The notes below the pieces were generated by a model. That model worked only from the letters and a program-made list of their open reading frames with translations. It had not been told where the DNA came from and ran no database searches. Of a stretch of DNA of 64,000 bases, positions 51,078 to 64,000 are shown in pieces; positions within the stretch are counted from its first letter, which is position 1, and each line of letters begins with the position of its first letter. Where the stretch lies: NCBI GenBank assembly GCA_044892525.1, contig CM097886.1, forward strand, positions 21,204,001 to 21,268,000, written 5' to 3'. This DNA is from Schmidtea polychroa (taxonomy: Eukaryota). The position numbers were made by a program, and so were the translations under genes.

Positions 51078-52814
51078 TTTTACACGGTAGATACGTTCGA
51101 ACGAAAATCGTGTAAAAAAAGACATGTTAACCATAGTAAAATTGAGGATGTGTTCTACAATTATAGAAAACCGTGTAAAATAGAAAAAGGAACCATTAGT
51201 TGTTCTAAAAAACCGTGCAAAAAAAAAGTAAATCTTGAAACCATATTATATAAGTTTCAGAAAATATAATCCATACATGTTTTTATTAAAAATAAATAAT
51301 AATAGTAATTTTAGTCCATAAGTAAAAAAAAATTAAATTTTAGTTCATAAATACATATAAATTTAATTCTAATTGGAAATATAAGTCTTATTTAACAACT
51401 AATATTTATTATCACTACTTTATAATAAGCGTGCATGTTTATTATAGACTGGCTTAAATTGCTTTACTCACTTAGGTCTACCAAAAGAAGTGATGTTAGG
51501 AGGCAAAAATACCAACTCAATATTTGGATGGTATAGTACAGGATGGCTGGGTGCATTATCGACGAGTAAGAGTACTTTGAATTGAAGACCCTTTTGTTCC
51601 ATATATTTTTGAACTTCAGGAACGAAGCATTCTTGGAACCATTTTGTAAAGAATTTTCCTGTCATCCACGCCTTTCTATTAGCCATCCAATGGACTGGCA
51701 GCTGTTTAATATTCTTGCTTTTCAAAGCTCGAGGCATTAATGACCTGTTGATTAACAGTGGCTTTAAAATCTTATCTCCAGATACGTTACTACACAATAA
51801 AAACGTTACTCGATCCTTAGCGACTTTGAAACCACCACCAGATTTTTCTGATTTAGCAATGTAGGTCCTGGAGGGCATTTTTTTCCAGAATAATCCCATC
51901 TCATCGGCATTAAATACCTGGTCTGGCGTATAACCACCGTTTTCAATTATTTTTATGAATTTTTCTGGAAAACTCTTTGCAGCATTTTCATCTGCTGATG
52001 CTACTTCTCCTTTTATTTTTACATTATGAAATGCTTGCCTTTTTAGGAATCCTGTCAGCCATCCTTCACTTGCATTAAATGTCATTGTCTTCATTGCATT
52101 GACACTTGTTGGTGGCTCCAATTCCCGAAGTCGTTTGTATATTCTAAGGGCCTTTTTCTTTATAATTTTTCCATCTATAGGTATTTTTTTCTGCAGCAAA
52201 TCCTCTATCCAAACCACTAAACTTTTTTCCATCTTCTTCGAGATAATATTTCGGCTATATGACGATGCTTTGGAACTGATGTTCGATCCAGAAATTACTG
52301 ATCGTCGAATGGAATCCTCACTTTTTTTATGGTTCTGATAGTCGCTTCACTTAAACTAAAATCTTTGCCAACAGATGTGGGACCTACGCCTCTCTCAAGA
52401 CTGTCTAAGATTTTTATTTTAGTTTCCAAAGAAATCGCTTGTCGCTTCCGATTATTTTTCGTTGGTTTAGGTATCTTATTATTCGGCTATAATAAAAGTT
52501 AAAATAAAAACACTTAATAAAAAATTTTTAAATCTAAAAAAATAACATTACCAGTTTATTAAAATTTCCTTTAGTAAAATAAAATAATAACAAAAAAATT
52601 TTAAATTTTAAAAAAATAACATTACCAGTTTATTAAAACTTTCTTACGTAAGTAAAATTTTCTAAAAAATATTTGTCAAAATAACAATAAAAACAAAATT
52701 AAAACATAAAATTTTTTTGGAAATAGTGTTAAACCGAATATTTCGTGCAAAAAAAGAAGATTTGTTCCTTTTTTGTGGACCGTGTTATTTCAAAATCGTG
52801 TAAAAAAAGAGTTG

Positions 52815-52816
<2 letters not shown>
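51078..52816 (-). mobile_element. pogo/Tigger element with frameshifted, 3'-truncated transposase (~51468-52480)
   Basis: ISLETKIKIL HTH, MEKSLVVWIED, FNASEGWL..F, QVFNADEMGLFWKKMP, LLLVDNAPSH; TTTTACACG / CGTGTAAAA terminal motifs; right end abuts (TA)n at 52817-52876. Confidence 0.88.
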
Positions 52817-52879
<63 letters not shown>

Positions 52880-53305
52880 AATACAAAAAGTTTTTATTTT
52901 TGTTTAAATAATGAGAAAGGCAGAAGATCGAAATAACAAATCCTGCAGCAACAGGCAAAAAGCCGATTCAATGAAAACAGAATACAAACCAGCTCATGTA
53001 TGCAATAGCAAAAAACTATTCAAATTTTATGATCGAAGGTTCTAGATGGAATAAAATTTTATACTATGTTACACATATAATTCATCTATCTCTCCGATTA
53101 TTAGCTTGCTTTGCGGGTAGCCCCCACGACAACGGTGCAGATGTGACAGTACTCAGCCTATGACTACATAATCAGGCTATGCCTGCCTACTCAGTCTATG
53201 CCATTATACTCAAAACATACCTGCCTACTCTTTATTTCCACCCACATATGCTCCGCGTACTTTTTCTCTCATAATTACTATCAAATTATAAACTGAAATA
53301 ATTAA

Positions 53306-53714
53306 TTCACATGAAAAAGACAGTGCCAAAAATTCGTGAATATCAAAAACATCGATATATTTACTGATCTATAGTATTCAAGATCTTTGGGTTGAAAAGA
53401 AATTCATGACTAAATCCTTTGATTCAAAGTCTTTAAATTTTTCGGTAATCATGCTGATAAGAAATGACAATATTCTTCATTCAAGGCAATCCAAGGTTTC
53501 AATAATTTTACTTCAGCATTACATCACAAAGAAAACGTGCTTTAAAAATTCCGCATTTCATAAATCACAAATTTGATTATAAAACTTTTTTTCCAATTTC
53601 ACTATTGATTTTTTTTCATTGTATTTATTAAAAAGAGCTTGAAGTCTATAGATCAGTAAATATATCAATGTTTTTGATATTCACGAATTTTCGGCACTGC
53701 CTTTTTCAAGTGAA
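53306..53714. mobile_element. MITE with ~70-bp TIRs, superfamily unassigned
   Basis: TTCACATGAAAAAGACAGTGCCAAAAATTCGTGAATATCAAAAACATCGATATATTTACTGATCTATAG is matched by its reverse complement at ~53647-53714. Confidence 0.8.
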
Positions 53715-54306
53715 TTTTAATTATTAAAACATAATAATGATTTTGACATACATTTATAATTTAAATAAACTTTTTTGATCGATGAATTCATCTACTACCA
53801 AATGTTTTAATCACTTTTAATTAACTTGTTTTTTTTTACTTTTGAAACATATATTTAGATAAATTGAACAATAATTGAACATAAGAAAAAAATTAAATTA
53901 AATTGCATATAATATATTGCATTTTATTGTATTTTTTACTATTAATTATTAATTATTATTATTTGACGATGCGTATTTATTATATGTTTTATTATAATAT
54001 AAAACCACTGGGATTTTTTCCGTCCCAGATAAGATCGAGTTTCTTGCTTGGTACCGATGAAAACCAAATAAGCTCGAAATTAGTCTGCCATTAGAAATCA
54101 TATTAGAAACTTTAAAAACCTAATTTTATTCAGTTAATCATCCCAATACTAAAATCATTTGAAATACAAAATAACTAATATTTCACCTTTAATCTTGTTT
54201 TTAATTCAATAATTTGTATATTAATGTTTGTAAGATATAGATCAAAACTATATATAAAGTACCTTTTATTCTAACAAAAATTAATATGAAAATTATTGAA
54301 TATTTC

Positions 54307-55000
54307 TTATAACAAATAAAAAATTTCATTATGTGGAAAATGGTTGAAACTTACTCTTTCCTTCTTTTCTATTTCTTTCAAAAATGGAACGAAAATGGTA
54401 CAAAAATTTTCCTTAAAATGTTCATCAATATCATGACAAATTTGGCACAAATCTTGATTATCTTGGTTAGACTGACGTCGTTTCCTTTGATAAATCGTAT
54501 TCTTTTTATTGCAGATCCAAACAGCACAGTCGAAAAAATGTTGCTTTACCTTATCAAATTTTTCGAAATCTGACCGAATTTTATTATTTAACTCTTTGTT
54601 TTTCTTTGCCATATTCAACAATATATCTGAAATCATAGTATATTTTTTCTCGCTGCAATCACATTTCATTCTCTGAAAGTCAAATTAAAAGAATTAAGAA
54701 AATATAAGTATTAAATAATTCCTTATTCCTAAGGAGAGATAATTCTCACCTGTATAATTCCGTTTATCGTGTGATGGATTTCAGACGAAACTGTGAAATC
54801 AAAGTGCAACAACGATCCACAATCGGAATTCTTAAAGATAAGTTTCAATTTAATTTGGTTTCAAATTTATTAATTTACTGATTTTGAATTGCTAATACAT
54901 TCCTCCTCTTCACTCTCTTCATCTTCGAATTCATCAAAAAATGGAATATTGTCGTCAATAATTTCAAATATCTTTTTCTTGAAATTTTAACATAATTAAT
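54307..55000 (-). CDS. Multi-exon gene of unknown function, family A paralog
   Basis: Exons KIFEIIDDNIPFFDEFEDEESEEE, DCGSLLHFDFTVSSEIHHTINGIIQ| and RMKCDCSEKKYTMISDILL...EKFDKVKQHFFDCAVW; canonical CAG|GTGAGA...TTTCAG intron. Confidence 0.6.
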
Positions 55001-55507
55001 AACAATAATAATAATAATTATTATTATTATTATTATTAGTAAATAATACGACAAGCATTTGCTGCAAGTTTCAAGTTTGCTAAAAACAAAAAATGAGAAT
55101 TTGCGATAATGAAATAGAAGAAAGTTATTATTATTTTCAATTGAAGTTATTAAAAAGTGTCACTCAAACATCCGTTTTGCAAGGTGTTCAAACAGTCTTG
55201 TTGTTACCATCAGGTAGGATAAAAAACTGCTGATATAATTGATATATTAAACAAATTATAAAATTAAACATCATGCAGCTAAAAAATTTTGTTCAAATAT
55301 GGAGAAGCTGGTGAAAAATATTCCAAAAAATGAATTTGATGAAAAAGAATTTAAGGAATGTTTAATGTTTAATTCGCTTCAGGATAACGGGTGACAACTA
55401 AAAGCTGGACTATCAATATAAAGTCAAACATACTATTCCAAGTTTAAAGGTACAACTAAATAAACACAATATGAAAAATAGGTGCTTAGACCTAGTGCAC
55501 TTGATTT

Positions 55508-56269
55508 TTAACTCCAATACCTCTGGATCGACGAATTTTTGTCTTTACTGAAAGCATCGTTTTCTGTACAACCATTTGGACAAATTGTGGAATTCATGTT
55601 TTTGGGGATCACTTCATTAATGAGCTCATCAAAAAGACCCATGGTTGATCGAGCATAATGACATGAGACCAGATCTGGCCAGAAGAGATAATTATTGCCC
55701 TGATGACGAGAATGGATAAATGGAGGAAAGCGTTGTCCAATACACCTGCGTTTATAGATTTGTGCATTCACTACTTTATGTGAAGGACATAAATTTGACT
55801 TTGAAATCACGCAAACATTGACTGTATTACAGCACATCACTTTGTTTTTGAACTTTGAGTGTCAATGAAACTTGAGACTATTTTCCGTTAAACCACATGC
55901 TGTTAAACAATAATGATAATTTTGAAGCATGCTGGTCCCAGAAAAATGTAAAATTTGGCTCGTTGAAAATAATAATTTCTTGACAAAATGTGGCTATAAA
56001 GACGGTCGATTCGGAGCTTTTGGAAAGTGAGGTGCTTTTCTGAAACTTTAGGAACTCTTTGTTTTTTGTAGAAGCAAAGGTAGTTTGAGTGAAAGATTTT
56101 TGATAGAAATTGTTGGGATATACCATATTTTTTGGTCACAACAAGTTGGGTAAATGACGGCGATGATATCACGGAATTCACTAGGACACGAGTGGGAGAC
56201 ATTTTTATAGGTAATCTTCCTGACCAAACACTTTTTTTCAGTCGTTTCACGCTTTGCATACTTCTGCAA
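55508..56269 (-). pseudogene. Tc1/mariner-superfamily (ITmD37E-like) transposase remnant
   Basis: LFWPDLVSCHYA and IPKNMN motifs, a Y-x-x-x-CI segment, and fragments across several frames. Confidence 0.65.
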
Positions 56270-57163
56270 AACAGAATATATTGTGGATTTGGAAATTCTA
56301 AGTGCCTTTAAATATTTTGAAACGGCATAGTTGGTGAAAGAGGTATGATTATTCGTGTATTGTACAATCAGGTCATGTCATTGTTATTTTGTTAAGCTCC
56401 AACTGTAAGGAATAAAGCAATACGCAAGGGAGTAAGGATTGTATTATTGTGAATGATTGTAATAGTTTGAATGAGAATAATTGTGACAGTGTGTTTGACT
56501 GTACAAATTATAATATTATGGATAAACTGTACAAAAAATCTTTAAATTTAATTATTTCAATGGAACAAATCTTTTTAATCGTTATATTCAAAATCATGTA
56601 ATATTATATGACGTGATATAAATGTCGTGATAAATGAAGGAAACCACCGTTCAGCTGGGGGAGACGTTCTGGACATGATCGCGTAAAGCGAAATTTCGCG
56701 ACCAGTGAGGAATTTTTGAAGAAAAAACCTTGTAAAACTTGAAAAACACTTTGTTTATCAACTAAACATTAATTATAACAAAAGGCCATAAATTAAATAT
56801 TTATTCATTTATTCATTTTGTTCCATGTTGCAAAAAGAAAATGTAAAATAAAAAAGAAAATGTAATAATAATAATAATAAAGGTCTTGTAAAACAATTCC
56901 CAGTTTTTTCTCCAAGTACATTTTCATTTTGGGAAAATGTAGAAAAATATTTGTGATTTTTTATTGATCATTATAAATAATCTTTGCTAAATTATTGTTA
57001 AAAAATCATTTTCTTCATATTCAAACATTTTTTACAAACTTTTTGATAAAAGAAATTATGACCTTAATATATTTTTAAATCTTGATTATATTTATTAATT
57101 AAAATTAAAAATAATTTACATGTTTTTGAAAAAAATTCCTTTTATATCCACATAAAAAATATT

Positions 57164-58526
57164 TTGATCTGGTGTCTAAGATTTTTCAACTGATTTATAG
57201 CAATTTGGCAAAGCTGAATCCAAGAATGACACCCATTTTCCTGTATGATATCATGTTTTTCTTCTAACTCGATTTTAAAGAAATCATTAGAAAGTCGGAA
57301 ATCAGACATGTGATTTCAACAAGAACTTTGTAATTCTTAACATATTATATCAAAAGGTTACAGAAACTGATGTTTTTCAGCATCATTCTTACAAATGCAT
57401 GGCTTGAACTTGAGTTTCTTGGAACTCCTTGAAAAATTAGCAGCAGGGACGTCTATTTTCAAGGTCCAGCAGTAATCTGCCATCATTACTGCATCCCAAC
57501 GCCTCTGATACCACACAGGCACAGAGGGAAAACTGATTGCCATTATGCAAGAGAACACATTTCAGTGATCGCTTACTGCTGTCAATAAACAGTCTCCACT
57601 CTTAGGTTTTGTACTGTGTTACCCCTAGTTTATGCAAGAGCTATGCAATATCAGTGCAGTACACAAGGTCATCTTTAGTGAAAAACAGGAGGTACTCTTC
57701 ATGCATGCTTAGGTAGAATGTGATGCGAGCACTATAAGAGAAAAGGCTTTTGTCCTTCACTCTCGATGACAACAGCTCAGCATTCAATTTTGACAAGCTG
57801 AGATCGTAAACAGGGTCATAAAGCTCATGTTGAGAGAATGGATGTTGAGCTTGATCGTCAGGAACAAATACTTCTCCTTCATCTTCTTCAAAACTCGAAG
57901 AGGAGAATTCTTTGTCGCTCATGTCGGGAAGATCATGAAATACAGGTACTGGAATCTCATTACAGTGGGCCATATAACGAAGTGCTGATTCCAGATCAGG
58001 ATATTTGAGACAGCTCCGGCTTTTCTTGTTTAGTCCAGTTATGTCAATGGTACAGAAGTAACAGCGTGGTTGGAAGGTTCCCTCCAAACCACAGGGATTC
58101 CAAATTTCAAAAAAAATCCTTGATTTTTTGGTCCACTGTCGAAGATGCCCAAAGTTTATCTTGATCACCCAGTTTCATAACGAAACATGAATTATAAATA
58201 CGCTTTAAAAAGTTGGTGACTGGGTTCCTGTTGGCAATAAGTGTGTATTCACCACAGATGTAGCAAAATACATCAGGTTTATTTTTACAAGATCTTCTAC
58301 CTGAAGCCATCTTTTCACTGCAACAGTTGAAAAGAGTTAAAAACGCATAGATATTTTCACTTACTATTATATAGATGGCAAGCAATAACTCGTAAAACTT
58401 CATGTGGGTTTATATAGAAAAATTTACCTCACTAAACCAAACCAATGTGATTTTTCGATTCAGCCTACGAAAATTGTCCTAAATCAGCTGAAAAAACTTA
58501 GACACCAAATTTGCTGTAGATCAGTG
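57164..58526 (-). mobile_element. Chapaev3-like (CMC) element, internally deleted
   Basis: CKNKPDVFCYICGEYT...KLGDQDK.WA, CYFC, and C-terminal YQRRWDAVMMADYCWTLK; ~70-bp imperfect TIRs, right end ...GATCAGTG (CACTG start). Confidence 0.7.
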
Positions 58527-58799
58527 TTATCAGAAAATAATTTAAAAAGTGAATTTTTCGAAAACTAACTCTGGAGAATAATTTGTTAGCAGTGATTACT
58601 GATTTTTTAATGTAACTACTGCCAGAACACTCCAGAAATGCGGTGAAGCATTACCGACGCTTTATCAATAAATAAATGTGAAACTTGTATTTAGTGTCAA
58701 ATCATTCATGAAAATAATTAAAATTAATGACTGAAAATATGAAAAATAAATGACAAAAGAATTCCGGTGAAATTAAAAGACTAAAAGAGATTATCAATA

Positions 58800-59200
58800 G
58801 TGTCCAAATAAAACATTTTTTAAATGAATAAATCAAATCGTAACGACATAATAAAATATTGATTCCAGATGAAAATAGATTTAAATTCGTTATAAAATAT
58901 TATAAAAAACTGTGTCATGCTGGTGCTATATTTTTGTTATTATAGATCATAGTAAATATATGCTCCTGCATGCAATTAAAACACAAGATGAAAAGTTAGT
59001 GGTTCAAATACTTAAAGAAGAGTAGATAATGAAATTGGGAGAGCGGAGGATAATTAATTGTGAAAGAGGTAAGTCATTCGAATTCAAGTTAGTAAAAGAT
59101 TTTGCTGAAGAACACAATATTGAAACAAATTATTCAAGCCATATTCAGCAAAAGATTGAGATACAATTTTGAACTATTTCAGACGAAATACAGATAAAAT
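58800..59200 (+). pseudogene. Gypsy-type LTR retrotransposon integrase remnant
   Basis: IPDENRFKFVIKY.KKLCHAG zinc-finger-like part, then LHAIKTQDEKLVVQILKEE...GKSFEFKLVKDFAEEHNIE; many stops. Confidence 0.6.
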
Positions 59201-61795
59201 GCAAAGTTCATGGGTTGGTTCAAATTGAATTTTAATTTGAAACCTACCAAATCTGGACTGAAATTTCGTAAATTTATTTTTTTAAATTCATATTTGAGCT
59301 GTATTTTCAAGATTGTAGGATAAATTCAATTAAATAAAAGAATAATTAAATAATTAAGATAACCACTGAAATACAATTAAATAAAATTACTCCATTTTTC
59401 AGGCTGATTTTTGCTAATATATTTGTTGGTTTTTCTTTCTCCTATAAAAATTAATTAAGTTTAAATCAAAAATTATTGAAATAATCTGTTACTGAAAAGT
59501 NNNNNNNNNNNNNNNNNNNNNNNNNNNNNNNNNNNNNNNNNNNNNNNNNNNNNNNNNNNNNNNNNNNNNNNNNNNNNNNNNNNNNNNNNNNNNNNNNNNN
59601 NNNNNNNNNNNNNNNNNNNNNNNNNNNNNNNNNNNNNNNNNNNNNNNNNNNNNNNNNNNNNNNNNNNNNNNNNNNNNNNNNNNNNNNNNNNNNNNNNNNN
59701 NNNNNNNNNNNNNNNNNNNNNNNNNGTGCAATTGGGTACCGAATAACATATTCTATTCATAAAATAAAATTTAGAAAGAGTTTCCTTTAGGTTTTACACT
59801 TTTATACTCCTAAAATTTTAGTAAACATCACATTACTCATTTTAAATAAAATTACATAAAAGATATTTAGTATGTACTAAAGTGTTCGAATTCAGACTGT
59901 GAAAACATTAAAGAAATTAAATTTGATGAAATCCTGGTCAAGATATTTGGAATACAGTAACAAATGTATAATGACAGATAACTTAGTGAAATGCGCAAAG
60001 GAAAAATATTTAATCGCCATTAATTAGTTCATCTATAATGATATTAACTCAATAAATGCCGATTTTCTTGGTCCTTTTATTAAAAATAGCATGGATTTAA
60101 AAATATGAACAAGATGAAGATGAAATGAATAGGAAATCCCATGTATTTGCTGGTTGGAAAAACAATATATAAATTAATGTACGCAATGATAAAGCTTTTG
60201 TAAAGGAAATTTAATCCGATTTGGAAAAGATTCAAAAACACGTGGCTTTAAATTTTAGAAAAAAAGATGTCTAATCCTGATAGAATTTCTATCTATGCAA
60301 ACAGTCAAAGTGATAGTGTATTATCATATTTTGTTAGTAAACAATACAAATTAGAATGGTTAAAACTATAGGTCGATTCGCTCTTTCTATTTTTTAACGT
60401 GTAGGAAATTTTGGTATGAAAGCCGCTAAAAATGTATTAATGTAATTACTATCCTTAAAATCCAATGCTGATTCTGAATTCAAAGATGCTTTGCCAGATG
60501 TAATTTCTTCGTTACCAAACGTAAAGGGATTAAATGATGCATCCGAATCTACAACCTAGGAAATATCGAATGTATATAAACAAACGAATGACAGGACGTG
60601 GAACTATATTCGAAAATTGAATTGGGGAAAAACTGGATTATATATTTATTATTGACCGAGCATTAATAGAATATGCATTATTTGCAGATGTATTCTCTTT
60701 TAGTTCAATTGTTTTTTTAATTCAACGTGAGATTTTTATTTGAATTTAATTTGAAAATTGACTTTCCTTAATCGAATGATGCATAATTTGTCCAATTTTG
60801 ACTATTAATTCTTTCATAACTTTTATCTACTATATAATAATACCAAAATATTGTCATTAAAGAGTTATTGAATTAAAATAAATATGAATAAAATCACATA
60901 TTGCCATTTTTAACATACAAATCTATGAAGAATTATGTATTTGGATTGATAACATGATTCCGTAATTTTTGAAGGGTTATAGCTAGTAATTAAATAGTTA
61001 CCTAACAAAAAGTAATTTAATACATAGTAAAAGATAAATAAATTAAACACACACATTATTAAACTAAAACAATCAGGGTGGAAATAAATTTACGTAAAAC
61101 ACTGAGCAAATGNNNNNNNNNNNNNNNNNNNNNNNNNNNNNNNNNNNNNNNNNNNNNNNNNNNNNNNNNNNNNNNNNNNNNNNNNNNNNNNNNNNNNNNN
61201 NNNNNNNNNNNNNNNNNNNNNNNNNNNNNNNNNNNNNNNNNNNNNNCCCAATGTAATTGCTTTTTCTCTGCTGTGGGCTGTTACATTGTATCACATTGTA
61301 TGAAGTTTCAATACTTATAAACATTGCTTTTGTGTTAAAAATTATTTAAAATTTACAAAATTATAAAATAGTGTTTGTAACTTATTATTAGAAATTCTGA
61401 AAGTTATACTTACTTATCATATTTTATTCATATTTACCCTATTGACCACTATCAGTTATCGTGCACAGAATGAATTATAAATTCTCATGGTAGCTCCCCT
61501 ACCTCAGCCCTAGCCAGGGTCATTCGGGATTATTGACTTTTAAATTTTTTAATTTAAAATAGATTTAAAAATGCAAATATTGATTTTAAAATGTAATTTT
61601 ACTTTTTGTTGTTTTATCGCTCTAGATTGCAGGTGTTTCAGATTTTCAAAAAATTATGTTTTCACACCTTTTTCCAAAATAACGAAAACGTTTCCTTCGC
61701 CAAAAATATACCCGTTTCCTCCGAAAAATATTAATTTGTAAGATATTTAACTATTTTAATTAATTTTTACAACTGAACTATAAATAACTATCAAA

Positions 61796-62530
61796 TCAAT
61801 GGTATACCATTTCATTTGAGTCAGTCGAGAACGTTGTTACTTCTGGCATCAAAGGTTCACTAGGGTTTCCTACACTTCGAACAGTAGAAGAAATTGGAGA
61901 CGTTTTGTCTTCGATAGAAACGGTACGGGATTTAAGAAAAAAATTCCTCAAATTTTTTAAGAAATTAGATTTATGTTTTTTAATGGGTTGCAAAACTTTA
62001 AGTTCCTCTCCAGAATGTGTTCCACTCTTGTGATCAGGAAGACCTTGCTTGTCATTAGATTTGGATTTCTTGGGAAATGTGAAACGCTTTTTCTTAATTT
62101 TTATTTTGGTTGGAGGATGGGGCACGCTGGGTTCCTCGTTGTCCCGTTCATCACCAGAGAATACGACTGTAAATCGATTTCCTATAATACAAAATTTTAT
62201 TTCGATTCCAGGCTTATAATTTTTTAGTCTTACGCAGTTTGGACTTGGGATCAAGATAATGGGAGATTTCTCTAGTAAACGAACGCTGGGTTTTTATTTT
62301 CTTGTCTAAATAATATTTAGATAAATTTTGAAGAATATTTGGATGATTATAACCATCATGTGCTTTCGTGACAAATGTCTTGAATACGGTTTCACAATTG
62401 TAATTATTTTTTGTGACAATTGTTTCAATCGACATAATTTTGTTAGCGCCACGGACGTCGGTTGTTAACAGTCCGGTACAATGAGAGACTATCTGCGATT
62501 TGATATAGAACTGATTAGGTATCTGATCAA
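61796..62530 (-). CDS. Multi-exon gene of unknown function, family B paralog (5' part runs into an N gap)
   Basis: NQFYIKSQIVSH...IMSIETIVTKNNYNCETVFKTFVTKAHD|DKKIKTQRSFTREI with a 48-nt phase-1 intron at the same position as in the 9.3-kb copy; Lys-rich tail. Confidence 0.65.
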
Positions 62531-63465
62531 NNNNNNNNNNNNNNNNNNNNNNNNNNNNNNNNNNNNNNNNNNNNNNNNNNNNNNNNNNNNNNNNNNNNNN
62601 NNNNNNNNNNNNNNNNNNNNNNNNNNNNNNNNNNNNNNNNNNNNNNNNNNNNNNNNNNNNNNNNNNNNNNNNNNNNNNNNNNNNTGGTAGCAGATTTATT
62701 AATAATGATAATTTAATTTAAGCCTTTTGCTGCGAATAATGTATTTATTGAAAAAATTTTCATTTATAAGATAGTCCTTGTCAATCTCCTGGAATTTAGC
62801 AATCTCCTTCCCGAAAATACATTTCTATATTTCTTTTATTTCCTTTTGCTTATTTCCCATTGGTTATAAATATAATTTTTTAAAAAATTTTATTTAAAAT
62901 TAAAATTAAAATAAATACCATTTAAAAGTAAAAAAGAACAAAAACTAAAATTTAAAAATTTTTTTAAGTTTCTATAATTAGCTTCTAGAAGCCTAATAAA
63001 ATATTTCAAAATATTTTAAAATAAAGCCTCCAATAACTATTTATATACACTATTTAAATATTTCAATAAATGCATGTGTAATAATAATAATAATATAATT
63101 ATAAATAAAAATGTCTGTAAATCTCTGTAAACGCGTACACACATGCTTATGAGTTCAGAAAAGTTGTGGTGCGCCAGTGAACTCTTGTGTGTATCGAACT
63201 ATGTTCTTGCATGATGACAACTTTCTAAAATAAATTTTTCTAATACGCACAAGTTAAAAGTTGAACAGGATCTAAATATCATTTGACTACCCAGGTGCAA
63301 TTGAAAATCATAAAAAATTAATTGCAAAATTGGTAACACTTGCATGCGATTTTCGAGTATCAACTTTTAACTTAATTGAATAATATATGTGACTCTATTT
63401 TCCAATATAATTGCATATATGAAGAATGAATTGCCTCTTTCATAGCCACGCAATGATTTGCTGAT

Positions 63466-63775
63466 TTATTTAGTATCATTATCAATATTTATTACTTGCT
63501 CAATCAACTCATTCGATTGGTTCAATCTTGTATGTATCATCAGCAAATCTGCTCCACGATTATTCCATCCGCAATTGCTATGACTTACTGATAAACAGAG
63601 CTTCAAACAATTAATTACCCATATTACATATGTAAATATCAATACTTTTAATTCACAATTTTCCTGGTCTTCAATAAATCTTTGCTCTTCTTCAGATTCC
63701 TGTTTTATGTAGATAAACAACAACGACGCAAGATCGGTTTTAATGTCAACCATCACTAAATTATTTAATATCTGT
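63466..63775 (-). CDS. Exons of a gene of unknown function, family C paralog
   Basis: IKTDLASLLFIYIKQESEEEQRFIEDQENCELK|LCLSVSHS...IHTRLNQ with a 45-nt in-frame intron at the homologous position. Confidence 0.6.
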
Positions 63776-64000
63776 TTACAGATGATTAGAAAAAATATAT
63801 TATCATTATGTATTTTCAGCTATTATCAATTATAATATTGTAATATTGTAATGGTAATTTAAAATGAAATATAAGAAAAAGAGTAAAAATTAAATTATTA
63901 AAACAAAGTCAAAATTTATAAATAAGTTGTAAATAAATTTTATAAATTTTATAAATAATTTTTCTTCATATTCATTATTTTTTTTATTTCTTAACTACTA

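Noticed and set aside
50142-51285. ~60-bp direct repeat (GTAAATCTTGAAACCATATTATATA...) at ~50142 and ~51229
   Set aside because: Likely a stray piece of the Tigger subterminal region; an intervening N gap prevents interpretation.

Overview
AT-rich eukaryotic nuclear DNA (roughly a quarter GC by eye, 40-60 nt GT-AG introns, several N gaps). It is mostly nested transposon debris: hAT (Buster-type and ZMYM/TTF-zinc-finger type), pogo/Tigger, Tc1-like, MULE, Chapaev3-like, piggyBac-type MITEs, Penelope-like and Gypsy remnants. The dominant feature is a 15,400-bp, apparently non-coding element at 28435-43834. It is almost entirely one imperfect palindrome (arms about 6.7 and 7.6 kb, spacer about 1.1 kb), has Polinton/Maverick-type ends (5'-AGTAGGTAGTTAG...CTAACTACCTACT-3') and a 6-bp TSD (AACATA), and splits a hAT transposase exactly. 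A second copy's right arm fills 1-1339 and a related end lies at 8771. The termini carry a hairpin with compensatory base changes. Other points: one MULE looks intact (9-bp TSD, 471-aa ORF, much higher GC than the host), an RNF126/RNF115-like gene fragment sits inside a hAT transposase, and three unrecognised intron-containing gene families recur in the same order and strand at 3.5-13.6 kb and 54-64 kb. No rRNA, tRNA or CRISPR features were recognised. Family assignments are from motif recognition by eye, not database searches.
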